From: Candidatus Sysuimicrobiota bacterium
GTDB taxonomy: Bacteria > Sysuimicrobiota > Sysuimicrobiia > Sysuimicrobiales > Sysuimicrobiaceae
Assembly: GCA_040289515.1 (NCBI GenBank)
Contig: PSLI01000006.1
Coordinates: 2,729 to 66,728 of the forward strand
DNA: 64,000 nt
Direction: 5' to 3'
Both the position numbers and the translations under genes were made by a program. This document shows, piece after piece, positions 56,591 to 64,000 of this stretch. The notes beneath the pieces were generated by a model. The model made no database searches, was not told the DNA's origin, and saw nothing but the letters and a program-made list of their open reading frames with translations. Numbering within the stretch: the stretch's first letter is position 1; the number at the start of each line of letters is the position of its first letter.

Positions 56591-56677
56591 GGGAGGCGGA
56601 TGGAGGCGGGTCCGGGGTCGGTGCCCGTCCTCCGGACGGCCCCACCGGCCCGCGACGCGGCCTGCAGGAAAGGGGCT

Positions 56678-56753
56678 GGGGCCATAGCTCAGCTGGGAGA
56701 GCGCGTGCATGGCATGCACGAGGTCAGGGGTTCGAGTCCCCTTGGCTCCACCA
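56678..56753 (+). tRNA. tRNA-Ala(GGC)
   Basis: GGGGCCA/TGGCTCC-ACCA with G3.U70, anticodon arm CGTGC-AT-GGC-AT-GCACG, GGTTCGAGTCC. Confidence 0.96.
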
Positions 56754-56851
56754 AGCTGGCGGACGACTGTGTATCCAGGCGGTAAGCTCCGTCCCCCCGG
56801 GGCGGGGGCTTCCGGTTTCAGCGAGGACCGGGGCGGGAGGAAATAAAGGGT

Positions 56852-57805
56852 ATGACGCCGGGGCGTTACGTGTGGCACAACGGCAGGCTCGTGCCGTGGG
56901 AACAGGCCACCGTGCACGTGGCCGCCCACGCGCTTCACTACGGCAGCAGCGTGTTCGAGGGAATCCGGGCGTACGACACCCCCCAGGGGCCTGCGGTGTT
57001 TTGCCTGGCAGCGCACGTCCGCCGCCTATTCGACTCCTGCCGGATCTTCCGCATGGAGGTCCCTTACAGCCCGGAACAGCTCTCCGAGGCCATCCTGGAG
57101 ACGGTGGGGTACAACGAGCACCGCGCCTGCTACATCCGACCCCTGGTGTACCGGGGAGCGGGTGCCTTTGGGCTGGACCCGAGGAAGGCACCGGCGGAGG
57201 TGGCCATCCTCACCCTCGAGTGGGGCGCCTACCTGGGACCGGAAGCCCTGGAGCAGGGAGTGGACGTGGTGGTATCCACCTGGCGGCGCATGGCTCCCTC
57301 CACCCACCCCGCCATGGCCAAGATCGCCGGCAACTACATCAACTCCCAGCTGATGACCATGGAGGCGCGGGACGGGGGGTTTGCGGAGGCCATCGCCCTG
57401 GATGTGGACGGCTACGTGAGCGAGGGCAGCGGCGAGAACGTGTTCGTGGTGCGGGACGGCGTCGCCTACACCCCTTCCCTGGCACACTCCATCCTGCCTG
57501 GGGTTACCCGGCAGGTGGCCATGACGCTGCTGCGCGAGCTGGGCTACGAGGTGCGGGAGGTTTCCCTGCCGCGGGAGATGCTGTACCTGGCGGACGAGAT
57601 TTTCCTCACGGGTACCGCGGCGGAAATCACCCCTGTGAGGAGCGTGGACCGCATCCCTGTGGGTGGCGGAAGACGCGGGCCGGTTACCGAGAAGGTGCAG
57701 CGGGCCTTCTACGACGTGGTGGAGGGCAGGGTGCCGGACCGGCACGGCTGGCTGACCCCCGTGCGGGCCACCCGTCCGTCGGAGGCGCCGTCCCCGGGCG
57801 AGTGA
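56852..57805 (+). CDS. ilvE: Branched-chain amino acid aminotransferase
   Basis: 'HALHYGSSVFEGIRAY', PLP Lys 'AKIAGNY', 'SEGSGEN', 'ILPGVTR', 'GTAAE'. Confidence 0.95.
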   Translation: MTPGRYVWHNGRLVPWEQATVHVAAHALHYGSSVFEGIRAYDTPQGPAVFCLAAHVRRLFDSCRIFRMEVPYSPEQLSEAILETVGYNEHRACYIRPLVYRGAGAFGLDPRKAPAEVAILTLEWGAYLGPEALEQGVDVVVSTWRRMAPSTHPAMAKIAGNYINSQLMTMEARDGGFAEAIALDVDGYVSEGSGENVFVVRDGVAYTPSLAHSILPGVTRQVAMTLLRELGYEVREVSLPREMLYLADEIFLTGTAAEITPVRSVDRIPVGGGRRGPVTEKVQRAFYDVVEGRVPDRHGWLTPVRATRPSEAPSPGE

Positions 57806-57819
57806 GGGGGCTAAGGAGC

Positions 57820-60300
57820 ATGCATCAGCGGTACGACCCGAGGGCCCTCGAGGCCAAGTGGCAGGCCCGGTGGGAGCAGGACGGGCTGTACCGCACGCCC
57901 GACCGCAGCGACCGACCGAAGTTCTATTTCCTCACCATGTACCCCTACCCCAGCGGGGACCTGCACATCGGCCACTGGTACGCCCTGGCACCCAGCGACG
58001 CGGCAGCTCGGTACCGCAGGATGCGAGGGTATAACGTGCTGTTCCCCATCGGGTTTGATGCCTTCGGGCTGCCCGCGGAGAACGCGGCCATCAAACATGG
58101 CATCCACCCGAAGAAGTGGACGTTGGCCAACATCGACCGCATGCGCCGCCAGCTGCGGTCCATGGGGGCCATGTTCGACTGGTCGCGGGAGATCGTCACC
58201 TGCGAGCCCGAATACTACAAGTGGAACCAGTGGTTCTTCCTGAAGTTCTACGAGGCAGGGTTGGCGTACCGGGCCCTGGCGCCCGTGGACTGGTGCCCCC
58301 ACTGCAACACCACCCTGGCCCGGGAGCAGGTGGTGGGCGCGGACCGGCGCTGCGAGCGGTGCGACACCCCGGTGGTGAAGAAGGATCTGGAGCAATGGTT
58401 CCTCCGCATCACCAAGTACGCGGACGAGCTGCTGGACTTTTCGGGGATCGAGTGGCCCGAGCGCATCGTCACCATGCAGCGCAACTGGATCGGCCGCAGC
58501 GAGGGTGCGGAGGTGACCTTCACCGCCCACGCCCCGGACGGCTCCCACCACCCCGTGGTGGTGTTCACAACCCGTCCCGACACCCTCTGGGGGGCCACCT
58601 TCCTGGTCCTGGCCCCGGAGCACCCCCTGGTGCCCCTCCTCACCGCTCCGGACCGGCGCGCGGAGGTGGAGGCCTACATTTACCAGGCCCGCCGGCAGAG
58701 CGAGATCGACCGCATGAGCACGGAGCGGGAGAAAACCGGGGTGTTCCTGGGCAGCTACGCCACGAACCCCGTCAACGGGGAACGCGTCCCCGTGTGGATA
58801 GCGGACTACGTCCTGATGGGCTACGGGACGGGTGCCATCATGGGGGTGCCGGCCCACGACCAGCGGGACTTCGAGTTCGCCCGCAGGTACGGCCTGCCGG
58901 TGCCCGTGGTCATCCAGCCACCTGGGGAGCCCCTGCAGGAGCCCCTGCAGGCCGCGTACGAAGGGCCCGGCCGGATGGTGAACTCCGGGCCCTTCGACGG
59001 CACCCCGGTGCCCGAGGGCTTGCCGAGGATCATCGCGTGGCTGGAGCAGACGGGCCGCGGGCGGCGCGCGGTGAACTACCGGCTGCGAGACTGGTTGATC
59101 AGCCGCCAGCGGTACTGGGGCACGCCCATCCCCATCGTCTACTGCGGCCGGTGCGGCACGGTCCGGGTCCCGTACGACGACCTGCCGGTGCTGCTCCCCG
59201 AGGACGTGGACTTCATGCCCACGGGCGAGTCTCCCCTGAAGTACCACGGGGGTTTCCGTCGGACCCGCTGCCCCCGCTGCCAGGGGCCCGCGGAGCGCGA
59301 AACGGACACCATGGACACCTTCGTGGACTCCTCGTGGTACCAGTACCGGTACCTGTCCCCCCACGAGGAGCGCATGCCCTTCGACCCCGAGCAGGTGGCG
59401 TACTGGTGCCCCGTGGACCAATACACGGGCGGGGCCGAGCACGCGGTCATGCACCTCCTGTACACGCGGTTTTTCACCAAGGCCCTGGCGGACCTCGGCC
59501 TTTTGCCCTTCCGGGAGCCCATGCTGCGGCTGTTCAACCAGGGCGTGATCCTGGGCGAGGACGGGGAGAAGATGAGCAAGTCGCGGGGCAACGTGGTGGA
59601 CCCGGACGAGCAGGTGGCCAGGTACGGCGCGGACGTGGTGCGGGCGTACCTCATGTTCATGCGGCCGTGGGAGGAAGGAGGGCCCTGGAGCAGCCGCGAC
59701 ATCGAGGGGGTCGGCCGCTTCCTGCGGCGCGTGTGGGACCTGGTGACCAGTACGGCAGGAACCCGCCAGGAACGTTGGCCCGAGGAGGAGGCCCTGGAGC
59801 TGCGCCGGCGGACCCACCGCACCGTGCGGAAGGTTACCGAGGACTTCGAGCGCTTTGGGTTCAACACGGCCATCGCGGCCATGATGGAGCTTACGAACCA
59901 CCTGGTGCGGGTGCGCGAGACCCTGGCGGGAAGCCCCGCGTGGGAGGAGGCGGTGCGGGCGCTGATCCTGATGCTGGCCCCTGTGGCCCCGCACCTGGCG
60001 GAGGAGCTGTGGGAGCTTATCGGCGGGCCCTACAGCGTGCACACACAGGCCTGGCCCAGCTACGACCCCGAGCTGGCCCGCACCCCGGAGGTTACCCTGG
60101 TGGTGCAGGTGGACGGCCGCGTGCGGGACCGGCTCACTGTCCCCGAGGATCTGCCGGAGGCGGAGGCCCGGGCCCTGGCCCTCGCCAGCGAACGGGTCCG
60201 GCAGCACCTGAACGGCCGGGTGGTCAAGGACGTGGTGTACGTGCCCGGCAAGGTGGTGAACGTGGTCTCGGAGCCCGTGCCCGCACAGACCAAGGGGTAG
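57820..60300 (+). CDS. leuS: Leucine--tRNA ligase
   Basis: 'YPYPSGDLHIGH', 'DAFGLPAENAA', CP1 'FTTRPDT...GTGAIMGVPAHD', 'KMSKS'. Confidence 0.97.
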   Translation: MHQRYDPRALEAKWQARWEQDGLYRTPDRSDRPKFYFLTMYPYPSGDLHIGHWYALAPSDAAARYRRMRGYNVLFPIGFDAFGLPAENAAIKHGIHPKKWTLANIDRMRRQLRSMGAMFDWSREIVTCEPEYYKWNQWFFLKFYEAGLAYRALAPVDWCPHCNTTLAREQVVGADRRCERCDTPVVKKDLEQWFLRITKYADELLDFSGIEWPERIVTMQRNWIGRSEGAEVTFTAHAPDGSHHPVVVFTTRPDTLWGATFLVLAPEHPLVPLLTAPDRRAEVEAYIYQARRQSEIDRMSTEREKTGVFLGSYATNPVNGERVPVWIADYVLMGYGTGAIMGVPAHDQRDFEFARRYGLPVPVVIQPPGEPLQEPLQAAYEGPGRMVNSGPFDGTPVPEGLPRIIAWLEQTGRGRRAVNYRLRDWLISRQRYWGTPIPIVYCGRCGTVRVPYDDLPVLLPEDVDFMPTGESPLKYHGGFRRTRCPRCQGPAERETDTMDTFVDSSWYQYRYLSPHEERMPFDPEQVAYWCPVDQYTGGAEHAVMHLLYTRFFTKALADLGLLPFREPMLRLFNQGVILGEDGEKMSKSRGNVVDPDEQVARYGADVVRAYLMFMRPWEEGGPWSSRDIEGVGRFLRRVWDLVTSTAGTRQERWPEEEALELRRRTHRTVRKVTEDFERFGFNTAIAAMMELTNHLVRVRETLAGSPAWEEAVRALILMLAPVAPHLAEELWELIGGPYSVHTQAWPSYDPELARTPEVTLVVQVDGRVRDRLTVPEDLPEAEARALALASERVRQHLNGRVVKDVVYVPGKVVNVVSEPVPAQTKG

Positions 60301-60362
60301 CCCCAGCTGCTGCACTCCCCGGAATGTTGTCAAAAACGGCCCGTGCAGCGTTCCTTCAATGG

Positions 60363-60722
60363 ATGTTGCACTTCGACCGCCAGGAGGCGCTGGTGCTGGC
60401 CGCGGCGTGCGCGGCGGTGGTGTTGGGGCTGGCGCTGTCGTGGGCCCGCCCCGGGCCCCAGCCCGTGTGGGTGCAGGAGTCTCTGCAGCCTGCCCCCACC
60501 CCCATGCCGCAGCTTCCTGGGCAGCCCTTGAGGATCTCCGTGAACCTGGCAACCGCGGAGGAGCTGCAAAAGCTCCCGGGCATCGGGCCCGTGCTGGCAC
60601 GGCGCATCGTGGACGACCGCGCCCGCAACGGCCAGTACGCGCGGCCGGAGGATCTCCTAAGGGTGAAGGGCATCGGCCCCAAGACCCTAGAGAGCCTTAA
60701 ACCGTACCTGCAGGTACCTTAG
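60363..60722 (+). CDS. ComEA-family helix-hairpin-helix DNA-binding protein
   Basis: N-terminal TM helix, 'VNLATAEELQKLPGIGP', 'VKGIGPK'; start uncertain. Confidence 0.85.
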   Translation: MLHFDRQEALVLAAACAAVVLGLALSWARPGPQPVWVQESLQPAPTPMPQLPGQPLRISVNLATAEELQKLPGIGPVLARRIVDDRARNGQYARPEDLLRVKGIGPKTLESLKPYLQVP

Positions 60723-60815
60723 CCCCGGTGCCTGGTACCGGTTCCAGGTTACAGTAGCAGCTACCGGCTGCCAGGCGAGGTGTTCCAGCAGGCGGTCAAA
60801 GAGCCCGGGGAGGCT

Positions 60816-61664
60816 TCACCCCGCGCGTTGCGGGCCGCAGAAGCACAGGACCATCTCGCGCACCAGCTTCGCGGCCGACACCGCGGTGGCCCCGGAGGGA
60901 TCAAGCTCCGGCGCGGCCTCCACCAGGTCCAGCCCTACCACCGGGAGGTCCCGGAGCAGGTACAGGGCCTGCAGCAGCTCGGAGAAACTGGGGCCGCCCG
61001 GCTCGGGGTTCCCCACGCCCGGCGCGTACGCGGGGTCCAGCACGTCCAGGTCCACGCTTAGGTAGACCGGGTAGGAGCGCAGCTCGGCATGGACGGTTTC
61101 CGGCAGCGCCAGAGGCTCGCACACCCAGCGGCAGTGCCGCCGCGCGAGCTCCCACTCCTCGCGCAGCCCCGACCGGGCGCCCAGCACCACCAGCCGTCCG
61201 TCTCCCAGGTGGTCCAGCACCCTCCGCAGGGTGCAAGCGTGCGACCAGGGATCTCCTTCATACGCCTCCCGAAGGTCCAGGTGCGCGTCCAGCACCACGA
61301 CCCGCAGGTCGGGGAAAGAGGCGTGGATGGCTCGAACGGCCCCTGCGGTCACGGTGTGATCGCCGCCGAGCACCACGGACAGGGTGCCCGGCGGGAGCCC
61401 GCGCAAAGCCTCGGCCACCTGCTCCACCATGGCCCGCGGCTCCAGGTGCGCCACCTCCAGGTCGCCCAGGTCCGCCAGTCCCAGCTCACTCAGGTCCAAG
61501 CCCAGCGCGGGGCTGTAGGTCTCCAAGCTCACCGACGCCTGACGGATAGCTTCCGGACCGGAGGCGGCACCTGGCCGGTATGACTGCGTGCGGTCGTAGG
61601 GGACCCCGATGAGCGCCGCTTTGGCGGGAAGGGACTCCACGGCACCCAAAAATCGGGTGACCAC
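60816..61664 (-). CDS. speB: Agmatinase / ureohydrolase
   Basis: 'GGDH', 'DAHLD', 'DLDVLDP', 'PEPGG'. Confidence 0.92.
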   Translation of the reverse strand: MVTRFLGAVESLPAKAALIGVPYDRTQSYRPGAASGPEAIRQASVSLETYSPALGLDLSELGLADLGDLEVAHLEPRAMVEQVAEALRGLPPGTLSVVLGGDHTVTAGAVRAIHASFPDLRVVVLDAHLDLREAYEGDPWSHACTLRRVLDHLGDGRLVVLGARSGLREEWELARRHCRWVCEPLALPETVHAELRSYPVYLSVDLDVLDPAYAPGVGNPEPGGPSFSELLQALYLLRDLPVVGLDLVEAAPELDPSGATAVSAAKLVREMVLCFCGPQRAG

Positions 61665-61672
61665 GGCTGCCC

Positions 61673-62515
61673 TCAGGCTTCCAGCAGCGGCCGCAAGAAC
61701 GGTGGCGGGTTAAAGGCGGCTTGGTGCTGGGCGCCCGTATAGTACCGCAGGCGGAACCCACCCACCCGCTCGTCCACCACCCCCGGCGCCAGCGCTACGG
61801 GGTCGAAGCGCTTGGACGCCACGGTGAAGGTCCACAGCACCCCGGGGTAGCTGGGCACGCACGTGAGGAGGGTGCGAACCACCGGGAAGTGCACCCGGAG
61901 GTTGCGCCGCACGTTCGCGATGAGGTCAGCCTGGTAAAGGGGCGAACCGCTCTGTACGACCAGGACCCCGTCTTCGCTCAGCGCGCGGTGCAGGTCCCCG
62001 TAGAAGGGCTCTCCGAACAGGGGGACGGAGGGCCCCTGGGGGTCCGTGGAGTCCACGAGGGCCACGTCGAAGCGCTCGGAGCACCCACGCACGTACGCAA
62101 GGCCGTCCTCAACGCGGAGCTCGGTGCGGGGGTCGGCGAAGGCGTCACCGGGGATCTCCGGGAGGTACCGCAGGGTGGCATCCACCACCATGCGGTCGAT
62201 CTCCACCATCACGACGCGCTCCACGGGGTGCTTGAGCACCTCCTTTAGAAGCCCCCCATCCCCGCCCCCGATGATGAGGACCCGTCGGGGGTTGGGGTGG
62301 GTAACCAGCGCCGGGTGTGCCAACATCTCGTGGTAGCAGAACTCGTCCGTCTCGGAGGTCTGTACCGCGTCGTCCAGGATCAGCATGCGGCCGAAAGCGG
62401 AGGTGCGGATGACGCGGACTCGCTGGTAAGCGGACTGGGCGTCGAGCAGAACCTCGTCCACCCGGTATACCTGGGCGAAGCCGTCGCCTCCGTAGTCCCA
62501 AAGCCATTCGGCCAT
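61673..62515 (-). CDS. speE: Polyamine aminopropyltransferase
   Basis: 'YHEMLAH', 'IIGGGDGG', 'VEID', 'DSTDP'. Confidence 0.95.
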   Translation of the reverse strand: MAEWLWDYGGDGFAQVYRVDEVLLDAQSAYQRVRVIRTSAFGRMLILDDAVQTSETDEFCYHEMLAHPALVTHPNPRRVLIIGGGDGGLLKEVLKHPVERVVMVEIDRMVVDATLRYLPEIPGDAFADPRTELRVEDGLAYVRGCSERFDVALVDSTDPQGPSVPLFGEPFYGDLHRALSEDGVLVVQSGSPLYQADLIANVRRNLRVHFPVVRTLLTCVPSYPGVLWTFTVASKRFDPVALAPGVVDERVGGFRLRYYTGAQHQAAFNPPPFLRPLLEA

Positions 62516-62563
62516 GTGTACCTTCCTCCTTCCCCGGATGCTTGTTGGCTGGCGGCCAGGCGG

Positions 62564-63025
62564 TTAATCCGGCCAAAGGAGGACGGCCGCCACCGCGCAC
62601 CCGATCCGCTCGACCACATGCTCCCGGACGCCTACCACTACCTCCCGCAGCCGCAGCCCGCGCACCTCGAAGGCTTCCCGCACCAAGCGGCGCACGATCT
62701 GCTCCGCGTTCTCCGCGGTCCCCTTGTGGGAGTACTCCATGATGACCCCGTAGCTGTCCTCGCTGAAGCCCACCGCCACCGCGGCGGCGATGCGCTCGCC
62801 CGGGATGTGGCTGGTGATGCGGGCGTACACGGCCGGCGTCAGGGTGCCCTCGGGGACCCTGCGCATGGGCACCAGCCGGGCGCCCGCGGGCAAAATGCTG
62901 GTGACCCGCAGGAAGTTCAAATTGGCGATTCCCGCGTCCAGCAGCGCCCGGTCGAAGGCGTTGATCTCCGTTGACCCCTCCCCCGCCCCCGTGGCCAGGG
63001 TGACGGCTTTTGGCACGGCCCACAT
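62564..63025 (-). CDS. pdaD: Pyruvoyl-dependent arginine decarboxylase
   Basis: 'NAFDRALLDAGIANLN', self-cleavage site 'VT/SILP', 'YGVIME'. Confidence 0.88.
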   Translation of the reverse strand: MWAVPKAVTLATGAGEGSTEINAFDRALLDAGIANLNFLRVTSILPAGARLVPMRRVPEGTLTPAVYARITSHIPGERIAAAVAVGFSEDSYGVIMEYSHKGTAENAEQIVRRLVREAFEVRGLRLREVVVGVREHVVERIGCAVAAVLLWPD

Positions 63026-63165
63026 GGAGCGCCCTCCTTTGGTGGATACGCAACAGCCCTTATCGTAGGCCGCAGGGCGCTGCGGAGCAACGGGGGATAA
63101 GGGGATAAATGGAGGGTGCAGGGGAGGATCAGGGCCGGGTCAAAATACACCAGCGGTCTGCGTCC

Positions 63166-64000
63166 ATGGTGGACAGGAGCGACCGGCTGTTCGACCCTCA
63201 GGAGACGCTGCCGCCGGACCGGCGGGTTGCGCGCCAGCTGCAGCGATTGCGGCAGGTACTTTCGCAGACCGGGGCGCCTGCGGCCCGCGAGCGGGCTCAG
63301 GCGGCGGGCCTGCTGGACGGGGAGCCCAGCCTGGAAAAGCTGCGCGCTGTGCCGCTGCTGCGGAAGGAGGAGCTGCCACGGGTGCACGCGGAGCGGTGGC
63401 CGCTCGGCGGGTGGGTGTGGTGGGAACAGGTCCGCAGGCTGTTCGTCTCCCCCGGCCCCATCTTCGACCCCGAGGGGCCGGGCCCGGACTACTGGGGCTG
63501 CGCCGCCGCCCTACACGCGGCGGGCTTCCGTCCTGGGGACGTGGTCCTCAACACCTTCTCGTACCACCTGACCCCCGCCGCGTGGATGATGGAGGGCGGC
63601 CTGCAGGTGCTGGGCGCGGTGGTGATCCCGGGCGGGGTGGGCAACACGGAGATCCAGGCCCGAGCGGCCTCGCACCTGCGCGCTACCGGGTACACGGGCA
63701 CCCCCAGCTTCCTCGCCACCCTCCTCCAGCGCATGGAGGAGCTGGGCCTGCCCGCCCACTTCCAGGTGGCCCTGGTAACCGCCGAGCCCTTGCCCGCCTC
63801 CTTGCGAGCGCGGTTCGAGGCACGCGGGATCCGCACGCAGCAGGCCTACGGCACCGCGGACGTGGGGCTGGTGGCCTACGAGTGTCCCCGGAAGGAGGGC
63901 ATGCACCTGCTGGACCGCTGCCTGGTGGAGCTCGTGGATCCGCAGACGCACCGGCCGGTGGGCGCGGGCGAGCCGGGCGAGGTGGTGGTCACCCTGCTGG
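63166..64000 (+). CDS. Phenylacetate-CoA ligase-like (PaaK family) adenylating enzyme, 3' partial
   Basis: Manually translated frame: 'RLFVSPGPIFDPEG', 'GFRPGDVVLNTFSYHLTP', 'IPGGVGNTE', 'GTPSFL', 'QAYGTAD'; runs off the window. Confidence 0.85.
   Translation, partial: MVDRSDRLFDPQETLPPDRRVARQLQRLRQVLSQTGAPAARERAQAAGLLDGEPSLEKLRAVPLLRKEELPRVHAERWPLGGWVWWEQVRRLFVSPGPIFDPEGPGPDYWGCAAALHAAGFRPGDVVLNTFSYHLTPAAWMMEGGLQVLGAVVIPGGVGNTEIQARAASHLRATGYTGTPSFLATLLQRMEELGLPAHFQVALVTAEPLPASLRARFEARGIRTQQAYGTADVGLVAYECPRKEGMHLLDRCLVELVDPQTHRPVGAGEPGEVVVTLL

Noticed and set aside
56754-56851. T-box leader for ilvE-leuS
   Set aside because: Too short and lacks the GGTGGNACC T-box; only a GC hairpin is present
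56872-60300. 1142-aa ORF suggesting an N-terminally extended LeuRS
   Set aside because: The extension is an off-frame read of ilvE; the true start is ATG 57820 after AAGGAG
1-64000. CRISPR arrays, tandem repeat arrays, rRNA, prophage or defence genes
   Set aside because: No regularly spaced repeats or such gene motifs were seen by eye

Overview
This is a gene-dense, very GC-rich bacterial chromosomal segment. Its features (short overlapping operons, GGAGG ribosome-binding sites, a PdaD/SpeE/SpeB polyamine operon) suit a thermophile, but the taxon cannot be fixed from sequence alone. Housekeeping blocks are: a VWA pair, an Opp-like ABC system, a PhoP/PhoR-like two-component system, pckA, moeA-moaC-smpB-ssrA (tmRNA), lutABC-prpDBC, perR-like plus Dps-like genes, amidase-MBL-rph-rdgB, tRNA-Pro, tRNA-Ala, ilvE-leuS-comEA and pdaD-speE-speB. 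The most notable items are: (1) a stand-alone bacterial protein matching eukaryotic vasohibin (tubulin carboxypeptidase) motif by motif, divergent from the peroxide-stress genes; (2) a partly decayed catabolic cluster right after the tmRNA, with an acetoin-dehydrogenase-like E1/E2 interrupted by an M24-fold enzyme carrying an Asp-to-Cys metal-site change, a second degenerate M24 enzyme, cupins, a nitrilase, a 2,6-dihydroxypseudooxynicotine-hydrolase-like enzyme and a THI5/NMT1-type ABC importer, followed by an orphan molybdoenzyme large subunit; (3) an aRF1/eRF1-like (baeRF, Balon-related) protein; (4) a consensus sigma-54 promoter ahead of the cell-wall amidase operon. No CRISPR array, integrase or transposase was seen. 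All family calls come from motif recognition by eye, not from database searches.
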